64,000 nt of DNA from Pocillopora damicornis (Eukaryota): assembly GCF_003704095.1 (NCBI RefSeq), contig NW_020844152.1, positions 682,001 to 746,000 of the forward strand. The letters run 5' to 3'. This document shows, piece after piece, positions 14,071 through 26,869 of this stretch; the first letter of the stretch is position 1, and every line of letters starts with the position of its first letter. Made by a program: the position numbers and the translations under genes. The notes beneath the pieces are model-generated. The model saw nothing but the letters and a program-made list of their open reading frames with translations, had not been told where the DNA came from and made no database searches.

Positions 14071-14496
14071 GATACACATAATTACAAACTGAATGAAATA
14101 AAGAGAGTTTGTTGATATTCTGTGAAATGAAAGAATCCAACATAGACATTTTTCTTAGATATTAGGAACGTAGAAGAAGGCGAACAAACATTGAAGCAAA
14201 TGCAAACTTTATTCGCAAGTTTTTAAACAGGTGCTCCCAAAACTTTTTCAATTTTCGAGGAGCTCCTTGTTTTGGACCTTACAGAGTGCTTATGAACCTC
14301 ATATTCTAAAGATCCAAATTAATCTAAAAACAGCACTTGTTATAGACGAAAAGTACCTCTGTCTGCAATTGCAAAACATGGCTTTCCAACGATGCCAACT
14401 GCTGCATGTATACGGTAAACTAAGCCAAAAATAGCACTAAACATCCATAACATAAACTGTACTTCAGTTGTATAATGGAGAGATTTCTCTTTTCCT

Positions 14497-15352
14497 TGTC
14501 TTGTTTCGAGTTTGCTATCGTTAAAATAAAAAATAAGAGCAGAGGGACTGTTTAATTTGAAAAACATCAGAACTAAAACAGTCGCACTGGAGTAAAATAT
14601 TTTAGGTGGCACGCTGAATTTGACAAATTCCAGCAGTCTTGTTTTCGAGTTTACTACTGTTAAGATAAAAAAATAAAAGCAGAGAGACTGTTTAATTTGA
14701 AAAACATCAGAACTAAAACAGTCGCACTGGAGTAAAAAATTTTAGGTGACACGCTGAAATTGACAAATTCCAGCACCTGTTTCAAGTTTGCTACCGTCAA
14801 ATAAAAAATAAAAGCAGAGAGACTGTTTAATTTGAAAACACATCAGAACTAAAACAGTCGCACTGGAGTGAAAAAGTTAAGGGGGCGTGCTGAAGTTGTC
14901 AAATTCCAGCAGTCTTGTTTCGAGTTTGCTACTGTAAAAATGAAAAATAACAGCAGAGAGACTGTTTAATTTGAAAAACATCAGAACTAAAACAGTCGCA
15001 CTGGAGTAAAAACGTTTGGGTGACACGCTGAAATTGACAAATTCCAGCAGTCTTTCTTCGAGTTTGCTATCGTTGAAATAAAAAATAAAAGCAGAGGGAC
15101 TGTTTAATTTGAAAAACATCAGAACTAAAACAGTCGCACTGGAGTAAAAAATTTTAGGTGACACGCTGAAATTGACAAATTCCAGCAGTCTTTCTTCGAG
15201 TTTGCTACTGTTAAAATAAAAATTAACAGCAGAGGGACTGTTTAATTTGAAAAACATCAGAACTAAAACAGTCGCACTGGAGTAAAATATTTTAGGTGGC
15301 ACGCTGAATTTGACAAATTTTTATCGGTCTTGTTTCAAGTTTGCTACTGTTA
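14497..15352. repeat. Minisatellite, ~138-bp unit, ~6 copies
   Basis: The core GTCGCACTGGAGT recurs at 14581, 14721, 14857, 14995, 15133 and 15271 (spacings 140, 136, 138, 138, 138). Confidence 0.95.
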
Positions 15353-15756
15353 CCTAGAAAAAAGAAGTGAAGGCCAGCAAAACTACATGGCGTTGGTGTC
15401 AAAGTCCACAGCATCTTATAACAATCTTGAGAACAAGTTAGAGTTTTCCTCCGTAGTTTTAGAGCAATTGTAAGCTTCATCAACTCCCGTAGTTAACATA
15501 TCACTGATGGAAGTTGAAAATCAACTTACGGAGTTTAATCTAATTTCGATGGAAAAGAAGGTACATAAAACGAATATTTACGTGAGTACCGGTTTGAAGT
15601 CAAGAAGCGAGCCCCTTTAAACCCCGTATCTACGCAAGCCAGAGATCTTAGGCTTGGTTGCCGCGTTAAATTCCCCCATTTGTGTGAACAGAGAAGGGAC
15701 GAATAAGAATGTGTTTCCCTAGCAGTGCCGACTAGCCTCTTCTAATCTCAACGAAG

Positions 15757-18306
15757 CTAAGACAAAAAGCAAATGACGGCGAGAAACGCAACAGACAGAA
15801 GGGTACCAACTGCTGCAGAAATACCCTGAGCCCCTGAGCCCGGTGGATTGGTCGCTGTATATTTGGTGAAGGTGATTTTGGCGAAGGCGGGGATGTCATT
15901 CATTCCCTTCAGCACGGTTTCGCTGTCCTTTGTAATGACTGTGACAACATCCTGCGGCAAAGTGGGAGCATTTTCTGAGGTGAAGTTCATTCCACTATCT
16001 GTCCCAGCATCCCACGCGGGCAAGTACATGGACATACTCTCCTTCCATTTGCCATCGCTTCCACAGAGCTCTACGCCATGAACTCCAACGAACCAATCAG
16101 GAGAGGGAGCAATCATGGCGATGAAAGAGGCTTGGGAATACTTGTCACTCGCCGTTATCATCATAGTTGTAGTCTCTGCAGCGCCAGACATTTCATCGGC
16201 TTTGTAAATCATGTGAATGTATCCCTGATATTTTCCCATGAAGTTTTTCAGCTCGTAGTACAATGTTGAGTAGTTGCCTAGCATAGCCAAAAATTTTGAT
16301 TGAACACAAAAAAAGAAAGGTAAATTCTTCGCATGATCCATTTTTAATTCCGAATATCACAATTTTTTTTTAAGGTAGGCAGAAAAGAAAGGAGCAAAAC
16401 TCTATCCTCCTCCCAACTTCTCGTTTTTACCCCTCTCCCTGATCCCCAAAAAGCATCTGACACTACGGTTGACATTTCTGGTGTCTTCAGGTGCATTGAG
16501 GTCGTATGTAGTACCTTACACTATTGCTACTCACCTAAGAACCTTTCACCCTTCTTACCCCATTCCGAAGTCTTTCGTCTTTTTCAGTGAGAGTACAGTG
16601 CTGTGTCTAAGACCACAACACACATAAGATCAAGCTAAGCTAAGACTTGAGCCAAATAAACCCCTAATGATCGTTAAGTCATTCTTCCCCAACCTTTATC
16701 ACTACAGACGTTAATCATGCAATTCATCATGTTGCAAACAAGCCTGAAATAAGACAATTGTTAATCAAATGATTATCTACCTGTTTCTGCGACCATCTGT
16801 ACTCCTTTAGAAGCCATAGTCATGGGACTCCAGAACCTGTAGTTATACATATGGGTGCAACCGATGAGAGGTGAAAAACGAGGATTGGACGGGTATCCCA
16901 TGGGTTGCCTTTGTTCGGTCCACATTCCTTCAAACTTGAGCATGTACTTCTGCTCTCCGCTGCACATATACTGCGTTGGCTTGTTGACTCTTTGAAACAT
17001 CAGCATGCCCATGGTTGGAATGTCTCCCTGAAGGTTCATAAAGGAAGTGTTCATCATTGTGTTGATAACAGCGATATTCCCTTGGGGACTTGTCTCCACG
17101 TCATCGGCGGTGAACGTGGTTCCACTATCAGTCCCAGCATCCCATGGCGGCAGCATTGCTACGTTCCAATTGTCACGCCAGTTTCCATTATTACAAAGGT
17201 TTATAGAGTCGCCTCCTATGAACCAATCAGGAGAGGGGAAGATCATGGAAATCAGCGACACGTAAGGATAGTCGGCCGTGACCTCAACATCAATGCCCTC
17301 CACCTTGTCTGTGCCGTTTATGGGTCCGCCCTGTTGTTGGATCAGTTTCCACACTGTCTTGTTGTACATCATACGCATCATGATTTCATCTCGCAGGAGT
17401 GACGAATTACCTGATGAGACATGAAGGCAAATGAGCTACTCAACTTTTGATCTTAAGTAGCAGCGGTCTTTGCCTATAGTCACTGTAAACGTGACAGAAT
17501 TTTTTGGATGAGGAGAACTGTTTTATGTTGAACCGATTTCATGCAAGCATAGTGGATAACGTCACCCAATACCCAAGCAGTTTACTTCAGATCATGACAA
17601 CAGGCACTGATCATGGATAAAGAATCCATAGATCCGGCACCATGTGAAAGTTTCTTGCTGAAATAAGGAAATGTAACAAGCAATTTACATCGTCTTCTCA
17701 AAGTGTAAATTAGACTACAAAAAAAACCCTGAAATAGAAGGAACAGAGGTCGAGGAGAAAACGAAAAAACTATTTGGAATAATGAACAAAATGTTAATTA
17801 AAATGAGTCGCAAAGTCAGCCTTTTATGGTTCTCATGACGCCTCTGTCGGTTTAAAAACGAAAGAGTGCCTCGACTCCAGCAGACGTTTAAAACACACTC
17901 AGATCTTTATAGTCTGCGTCTTTCGATAAAATTTGGACAGCAGTGGTTGTTACATGGCTGGACAACGTTTGCATGTGAACGATCCAGTATTGACGAAATA
18001 CGAAAGAATTAGAAAATAGTTTCACAAAAACAATGTACCTGTCTCAGCAACTTGTTGTACGCCTTTTGAAGCCATCATTCCTGGCTTCCACATGGAGTAA
18101 TCTGCACTGTGAGAGGCGCCGACCCAAGGTGAAAACATAGGAAAGCCCTTTGTAGGAACAGCATTCGGGTGAGTCATGTTACTCCATTTGCCGTAGAAAC
18201 TCAGCTTGTAATGAGCAACGCCAGGACATTTCAGAGCCGAGCTAAAAGCAGAAAAGAAACCGAGAAAGGCTAGGAGAAAAAATCCAACGCGTACTCTCAT
18301 TTTCAT
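15757..18306 (-). CDS. Spondin-like protein: signal peptide + two tandem Spondin_N domains + C-terminal hydrophobic (GPI-anchor-like) tail, ~472 aa
   Basis: Exons 18306-18039, 17410-16781 and 16277-15757 (1419 nt, in frame). The Spondin_N motifs FSP..G..H, ASKGVQ.VAETG, MI.PSPDWF.G and WDAGTDSG..FT each occur twice. The protein ends GSGAQGISAAVGTLLSVAFLAVICFLS*. Confidence 0.88.
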
Positions 18307-20774
18307 CGATGCGAGAACCCAACTTCAATTGCGCTCGAACAGCGTTTTTTTCACTTTGCGAAACTTCGTCAAGTGAGAAGAATCCTCCTGCCCGCAATCA
18401 CATTAACTCTTCTTCAAACCATCGATATTGTTGCGACAACACAATAAGCTTTTTACGTCAGAGGAGTAATTTTTGATATTATGAACATACCACTTAGCGT
18501 CACAAATATCAACGGTTCAAGCTTGCATTCAACCGTGAGCCATAAAAAAAAGTTTGCTCTTTATGAGAGCCGTAAGATATGATCAAATTGTGCATTGTCT
18601 TTGAAAAGAAAAACCTTGCAGTTCTTTTCGTTTGGGTTTTTAAAACTTTTCTTCCGAAAAAATGCAAAACTAATATCGACTATTAGTTTCTTTTGTGAAA
18701 ATAACAATTGCACCCGTCGGCTCTACACTGTAATTAAAATTCTTGAACGTAACAAGCATGCCAAGGCAAGTTTCTCCAACTTCCTTTAATTTAGAACTAT
18801 GGAATACTGTAAGGAGTAAATTCCTTAAGTCTACGTTTTGAACCCTTTTAAAACTTTATCCTTACGCTTGATCATAAAATCATAAGGAAAAACTTTTTAA
18901 CTTTCTAACTGACCAAGCGAAAACTAAAGCCAGTACTACCTGTTTTCTGCAACTATATCATAAGCACTATATCACAAAACCGCATTACAACTACTTGTAT
19001 GACTGCTATTAATTTGCTTTTATTTTTTCGGCATGTTTTATCAACAATGAAATAAATACACCTTATTCGATGGTTTAAAATATATAACACGAGCGGATGT
19101 TTTGTGAGCAAAGAGCAAAATGTCCCCTCGTATTAGATGTTGAACCGTTGAATAAGGGATTTATTATTCCATCATTATTTCAATTTTTAGAATTTTGGCA
19201 TCTATTTTTCGAAATATACCCTCATGCTTCTTGTCTCTGATCGTGCGCGAAGGATGAAAACCGGCAACACTAGCGAAATCACTCAAGACTTATTATGGCC
19301 AATAAAAAAAATCTGAAGCACTTGAAAGATTTCTTGCTTAAAAGAAGTCTAAATATCGATAAAGTTTGGATCGTTCGGTGCGACCAATTTGTTGCTCTGT
19401 ATTTTTGCTATGTTCTACAGTGTAGTATCATGGCATATTTGCACGTACTAGTGCCCTAATATGGTAAAATAACTTAATTACGGAATAACAAAAGAAATAA
19501 TATTTACTTTTGAGTCGAATAACCAAGGTAACAACAGTCATATTTGTTTCAAGAAATAATTTATAAAATTTACTCGAATAAAAATTATTTCAAAATATAG
19601 CACAAATTACTTCTTGCTTAAAATAACTCTGCAACTGTTCAACATCACCATTTAGCCTCGCACAATGATGTCACGTAATTTTGCCAAGCTTACCATTAAC
19701 TGAAAAAAGAAATCCAAAAGAATGAATGAATGTCTTATGTATATACATATATGTATATCGGCTACATAAAGCATAATTGCCGTGTTTCATGTTCAACGCC
19801 CGACCTGACCTGCACATTGATCTTTAGGCTTTGGCTATTTTGACTTGAAGACATTTTTTTCAGAATGTCGAATAATACAGCTTTTTTAAAATAAAACACG
19901 CAAAAGAAGTGTACTTTGCATTTGTTTTTTATCTTGAATGTTCCAGGTTCGAATTTCAGCTATTCAAAATAAATTACAACAATAGATAGATACGCAAGTT
20001 GAGCAGACAGCCATTTCTGACACGCATCAGTCTGCTTTTTTAGCCTGGATATTTTTTCTGGTAAAACCCATTTACTTCTGAGACAGGTCTCAGAGTCATA
20101 AATGACACTATTTCTGGTCCCACTAAGCTCATGCACGAATCCTCAAAAGGCAAACTGAAGGCAACACGACTTGCAGTTACGGGGAGGTAATCGACCTTTA
20201 AACTCAAGAAGTGATGAACATGTAACTTCTACCCATAATATCCATGCCATTTCCAGCAGCCAGGTAATGAGAATACTCAAACTTATCAGGTAGAAGTTGT
20301 TATCCTTAAGAATTTTTCCGCCTTCTGGCCATTGGCCAAACAAATAAAGATCTTTTCTTTCCTAAAAAACAAACTCTACCATCATTGTAGAAAAAAGGAA
20401 AAAGCCAACATGCCCCAAAAGTCAGCCGGGCATTGGAACTACTTGTCTCAAGAGCGAGGCTCTCAACAACTTAAAAATATGACGTTGTTTTGCGCCCTTG
20501 TAAAACTCAGGCACGTAATAATATTTGGCCTTTTCACGCATCACGAATAATATCCAAAACTCATTCACGTTTAGACGAAATTTGAGACGAAATTTGAGAC
20601 GATCACGTTTTACAAATTCACTCTTTGAAGAGAACATTAGTCATATCCATGCGATTACCCTTCGCAGAGGAGATCGTGTTTACCATGAGAGCGAGGGTGT
20701 TTTGCCAGGTTACCGAAGCTATTAAGATTTACGCCAGGTTACCTAGTTAACAATACCGAAGAGAACTAAACAAC

Positions 20775-23700
20775 ATGGCGGCTCGCGGAGTGATATCTCG
20801 TGAACCTAAAGATCCCCAGTTCGTGTCTTATTTCTTCTTTTAGAGTGCCTCTTTTAAATTCTTCGTCGAAAAAAATGAGAGTACTTAAATTGTCGTTACT
20901 TTTTTTCTTAGAGAAATGTACAAAGAAGCTCTGGAGAATGTATCCGCTTACAACTCCAGATTGCGTTACGAGCGCCGTCTTCGCATTCCTTTCATCGATG
21001 CACAAACAGGCATCGCAATGAACAACTGCCATTTATGGATCAGCAAACTCGAACGTCAGCCAGGACAGACGCCACATTACGTCTATAGTTACCCAGCCAG
21101 ACGATGGCGGAAAAAGAAACGGCCTCCCCCTGTAGAGCGTGCGATTGAGACCAAAACTTTAGAAACTGAAGGTAAAGCCAGGTGGGAAATGGGGGGAGGG
21201 GGAAGGGGAGGGGGGAACTGTAGAGAACTATGAGAAAAGTCTCGCATGTCTGTATCAATGATAGTTCAGCTCATTCTGAGACAAGCATGATGGCTAACCA
21301 ACAATTTCTCATTCCCCTGTGCGTTGTAAGAGCCCTTTTACTGAACACTGCAGGTGAAATCGTTTTAACCCTATATACCCCAAAATTAGTATGTATATTC
21401 TCCAAACTGTTCTCTATAAATTTCTTAAGGTGCTGACGGAAGAAGTTTTTAAACAATCCAGAGCTTCTTTTGTTGATAATCAATTGAAACTCAAATTATG
21501 TTTCTTATCTAAAAAGAACAAATAATTGAAACTGTGGATGCCATGGAAACTGAGGGACTACTGGATGAGTCTGAACCTGATCATCTAAGAGAAGCTGTGG
21601 CAGTGAAAGATGATGAAGTGAGACTTGTGGAGAGCGAAGGGGAGGAAGATCTACAGGACGATAGTGGTGCATTATCCACTGATGATGAAGACTTCATCGT
21701 CGGCAAGAAGAGACCAATTAGTAAAGGAAGGCCAGGACGCAAAAAAGCGCATCAACCCAGTCTATTTCCAGAAACACCAGTCCACCATGTAAGAAAATTT
21801 TATTGGGGATTTTGATTGGGAATTTTCTGAAAAGCAAGATAGAGTAGCCTCCTAAAAGCACACTCTCTCTGTTGACCAGTTGAGAAAAAGAAAGTTTTTA
21901 AGAGGGGAGGTGTAATGGCCTAATGAAGATGCAGGAGGTGATGGTTTGTGTGTTAGGGTAGAGGCCTGTTCTGGGTCCTTTTTTTCTGTACTTGCCCTGG
22001 AGGGATTATGAAGATAGAAGTGGCCACTGAACCTCACAGTATCCAACATAGCAGCTTGCTCAAAGTTCAGGTATAGTTCTCAACTCATGTTTTGTTATTG
22101 TTTGTGTAAACTTCAGAAGCCAATCCCCCAAATGCCTGGCCTTCTCCATGTGCGCAATATCACCAAGGAGGAATTAGCCAGGATGGATCCAGAGGAGCGA
22201 AAAAAGCCTTATGTGTGTGAGAGTAAGTCAGTATATGATAAATACCAGAGAAAATTGAATAGATAAATAATGACTGCTGTTGAATACCTTATACATACAA
22301 TGCCACCCTATACACCCACTGCCCCAATGGGAACTGATGGTGATGATGTGGATATTTGTTAGAAGAGAAGTTTTTGTACTTAGTATGAAAACAGTTATAC
22401 AAAAAGCATTTTCTCTTTTGTGTGGAATTGTATAATAATATTATAATAATTATTCTACTCCTTTGCCACTTAACCATATTAGAGCAATGAAAGGGGCAAA
22501 TTTGTTACGGTATTACAGTGTAGAACAGAGTAAAAATACACACTGAAAGTAGAGCAACAAACTGGCTGTGCCGAACAATCCAAACTGTTAATTTTTCGGT
22601 CTTTAGGCTTGACTTTTTAAAATATGGACTTTTTAGTGAAGATTTTATTCTTTTGTTTCATCTTTTGCCTACACCTTACACAATCAATAAGATGCCAGGG
22701 TAAGGCTGTAGAAAGCGTTTTGTCAACAAAAAGTTCTCAAAGATGAAATGATAAATCCCTTATTTGATGGTTTAGCATATGATAGGAGTGGATATTTTGT
22801 TCATTATTTATCTTCTCTTTGCCCCCATGGAGCTCGGAAAAATACTATGCAACCCACAATATATCTGCATGTATTTATATGTTAAACCATTGAATGAGGT
22901 TTATTTGTTTTAATTGTGTTTAAAAATTTTGTGAGTAGAGATGGGCATAGATATTTTTTTCAGTTACTGTTGTTTTTTTCTCAGTTTGTGGACGGCGCTA
23001 TAAAAATGGCCCTGGACTGAAATACCATTACACCCACTATAATCACGAACAGGAGGCTGCAGCTGGTCCAGCACCTCATCATGAGGAGCCACCAATATCC
23101 CACCCATCAACGCCTTCTACTGCCAGTGTTCCGGTTGAATCTCCAAAGGTTCCTCCATCACCACCCCACCAAAGAGGTCCAGGACGCCCAAAGAAGGTTC
23201 CAGGCAGCGGCACTTCTCCTAATAACTATTGCGACTTTTGTCTGGGTGATGTGTACGAGAATAAAACAACTGGATTTCCTGAAGAACTGTTATCTTGTGC
23301 AGACTGTGGCAGATCAGGTATTACCCATTTTAGTCTCAGGATAATCTCCAATAAATATCAACTTTGTAAGTCTGCTCCATGTTTTTCTTTTTTCTTGTGT
23401 TGGATGAAAGCAGGTAATCCCAAGCTGGTAAGATGTGCTTGTCTTGCTCGCTCAAGTAACCAATCAGAATGTAGGATTTGCTTCATCTTGCCCTTAAATG
23501 CTACCAGCTTTACAATGATAAGAAGAGTTGATGCATGGATTACTCAGCTCAGTGGCAATCTTGGAAACCACAAGCACCTGAAATGCATTTAGAACGGTGC
23601 TCAGGACAAGTGAAACTAGAAAACTGCAAAGTAACAAATTATTGTTACTTTGTAAAGTTAATATTTCTCAAGCCTGATTTGATTGTTTTTCTCAACACAA

Positions 23701-25725
23701 CAACATTCCAGAAATAATATTGGTGCTCATAGTTTTCTGAGTTTTACAGTAAAATTGGACAGGCCATCAATAGGCCATCATCAATCAGTTTGGTAGATGG
23801 AATTTAAACAATTGAAAAGGTGCAATGAGAATAAAGACAAATATCAATTTGGGAGTAATTGGTTGATCCAATACTAAATTAATAAAGGGTTAAATAATGT
23901 AAATTGGCCATCATAAAGAGATTGTAGGGTTGATGTTTTGAGCATAAGGCCTTCACTCTGATGAAGGGCTGAAGCTTAACCCTTTAACTCCCAGATCAAA
24001 TTTGTCATTCTCCTTACTATCGACCATACAATTCTTATAATGTTAGTTCAGAGAATTTAGTATTGGATCAACCAATTATTCCCATATTGATATTTTTCTT
24101 TATTCTCATCACTCATCTGGTTGATGTTGTATTGATATTGTAAGGAGAAATTCTGTCTCGGTCTTTCATGGGAATTAAAGGGTTTTAACTCAGTTGATAA
24201 GATCAAGGTATCTTTCATTTATTGGTATTCGTGATTTTTTTTTTTAGGCCATCCTTCTTGTCTTCAGTTTACTGGAAAGCTGACAGAAAGTGTGAAAAAA
24301 TACAAATGGCAGTGCATTGAGTGCAAGTCCTGCACACTCTGTGGAACTTCTGATAATGATGTGAGACTGAGTTAAACATACTTTAGAAACATTTTCATCA
24401 ACCTCGTTCAGGCAATAGAAAGACATCTACAATGTACCTTGCTGTATGTGCATGAAATCTATCCATATGGGGTAAAGTTTGTTTTGCCTTTGATTTATGA
24501 CACAAAAGGAAGCTGTAAGCTTTTCATATGACCTCTGAATAGTTTCTGTTCTTTTGTAGGATCAGCTGCTGTTTTGTGACGGCTGTGACAGAGGTTATCA
24601 TATGTATTGTCTCAAGCCACCGATGCAAAAACCACCTGAAGGTAATCATTTGTCTCTAGAGTATGATATTCATTTATCCATTTGAACTTTATTTGTTCAA
24701 ATAGCCTTTATGGAGGAATTGTACAGAGTAAAAACTGGCATTTTGGTTGCTTTAACTGACCAATTTTTAACCATAAACTATGGGACTTATTGGGACTTTT
24801 GAACCTGCACTGATGTGATGTGAATTCGACAAGGGAACAATAATCAGTGATGGATTATAATGAGCAAAACAGCAGCAATGGAAAGAAATTAAGCAAAACA
24901 ATGAACTTCCAAATGTTTGGAAGGGGTTATGGTTGACATTTCATGACTTCAATGATTGAAAGATAGATTATATCAAGGTTGAAGGAGGAGGGTTAGCCCT
25001 TCGTCATTTGCTCTGATGAAGGGCTAACACTTGAAGTGTCAGCTTTTAAACTCTTTATGGTGGCCGGTTTATGTTATCAATTCAGTCGATAATACTTAAT
25101 TGCCCTGTTATACTCTCCCACCAATGCAGTCCCACAGTTTCTTTAGAAACTTACCCCTTTACAAAATTCATATCCTTGAGCTGAAGTGCAATTTTCTTTT
25201 TACTATATGAACAATAATATAGAGTAGAGATTGAAACAGCGGGCTTTAATACAAACACTAGGTATCAAAAGAAACAAAATACTTGGTGCCCTAATCATAA
25301 AAAGGTTTGCATGTAACACCATTCATTAGGCCAAAATCAAGTATTCAGCTGTTCAGCAAAAACAGATCAAAAATTTATTTAATATTCTAAACAACAAACA
25401 AACCAAGTTCATTCAGCAAAGTTTGAAAAGGTAGGAATTGTGACGTTGTTACTCAATATCACCACTCAGGTTGTATTCCAGAAATATTCCACTTGGTTCC
25501 CATATGTAGTGGTTGTATTGATTCTATGAGTGTTTTAGTTCTCAGTTAAACACTCATGTCCTACATAAACTCTACTTAGCTGTTGTTGTATAATGATACT
25601 GTTATTAAGGTGGCTCTACTAATCTTTCAGGTCACTGGACATGTGCTCTCTGTGAAACTGCTCCTTTACCCCCAGCTCCTGCACCCATGCCACCTCATAT
25701 GATGATGAAACCAGAGTGGCACTAA
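20775..25725 (+). CDS. DPF2: Zinc finger protein of the DPF/Requiem (d4, BAF45) family, ~434 aa
   Basis: Exons 20775-20818, 20912-21171, 21517-21788, 22117-22222, 22985-23317, 24248-24360, 24560-24641 and 25631-25725 (1305 nt). Contains the Requiem N-domain ([10 protein letters not shown]...[11 protein letters not shown]), a C2H2 finger ([24 protein letters not shown]) and a double PHD (NYCDFCLG...[13 protein letters not shown]...WQCIECKSC...[16 protein letters not shown]...WTCALC). Probably co-orthologous to DPF1/2/3. The exon 1 boundary is less certain. Confidence 0.92.
23976..24184. mobile_element. piggyBac-type MITE in a DPF intron
   Basis: TTAACCCTTTAACTCCCAGATC...TGGGAATTAAAGGG; nearly identical to the copy at 27258-27467. 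Confidence 0.85.
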
Positions 25726-26370
25726 AGCGGCAGATTTAAGATCCATGTTCTCTACACTCTTCTCTTTACTTCTCCTCTGGTACTGCAAGGAGAATTTGTG
25801 TAACAATCAAACTATTTTGTCGATAATTTCCTTTATTCTCGGCATCTTAATGAAGGATTCAGTGGTGTTGCTGTAAGGAGAAAGTAGAAGCTGGTCACTC
25901 TTAGGGTTTTGAAGGTTAACTATGAATGAGTCTCTAAAGAATGTCGTCCTAAGTATGGCGTGTTACATTTCAGCAAGTGTTATATCATTTTTGAATAAAA
26001 TGGTCAAGTATAAATGTGAAAGGTTATGTTGCTGGTAGATTGTCACAGAGAGCCGTGTTGAAACTTGTTTGGTTGTCACTGGTTAAGAAGTATTCAGGGA
26101 AAAAAGGATGTCAGAAAAATTACAAGAAAAAATAAAACTGCATTGAAGAACCTCAAACTCATCCATTTTTTGTCTTCATTGTTTTGTTGATGCTAATGAG
26201 ATGGTTGGAAATACTCTAAGTGTAATAAATTATGGAATGTTATTTCTATGCATCACATTGTGTATTTATTTTGTCAGTAACATTTATTTTTATTATGGAA
26301 CAGGAAAAAAGTCAGAAATTTTGAAAAATTATGCTTTTTGCAACCATGTCCTCATAAGAGGGTGAATACA

Positions 26371-26584
26371 TAACCCTTTACACCCCTAATATCAGTAAGG
26401 ATATTCTCCATACTGTTCTCTATACATTTCTTAAGGTGCTGCTAAGAAGAATTTGTTAACAGTCAAGAGCCTCTTTAGTTACTCAGTGATCATTTCCTTT
26501 ATTCTCATGACCTTAATGTTTGATTCAGGGGTGATATTGTAAGGAGAAATTAGATGCTAGTCACCCATAGAATCAAAGGGTTAA
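26371..26584. mobile_element. piggyBac-type MITE (second subfamily)
   Basis: TAACCCTTTACACCCC...AAAGGGTTAA; internal sequence shared with 10617-10831, 42810-43001 and 43244-43445. Confidence 0.8.
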
Positions 26585-26869
26585 GAGGTGGGACACTTAA
26601 AGTATGGATTCATTTTTCTTTTCTTTGGATATCCTTGTGTGGCTTTGTCAGATCTTTTGCGCTTAATTCAACAGACTACATTAAAGGTCAGAGTGATACA
26701 ATGAGTCGGCAGATACGTTTCATGATTTTTTCATAAATTTTATTCTTGAAATGACAAGTCCTTTCCTATTTGATGAACAATCTTCATGGTTGCTTCAAAC
26801 TGATCTTACTGTTTAAGGTAGATCAAGTATTTGAATTTTGATTACATCTGTAACACCCTGAAGAGAGTT

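Noticed and set aside
14497-15352. CRISPR-like array or repeat-protein gene
   Set aside because: Whole units are repeated with no unique spacers, the context is eukaryotic with no cas genes, and indels break the reading frame.
16905-17402. Plus-strand ORFs overlapping spondin exon 2, and similar antisense ORFs over SIDT, TRMT5 and BUB1
   Set aside because: Shadow ORFs opposite genuine coding exons, with no independent motifs.
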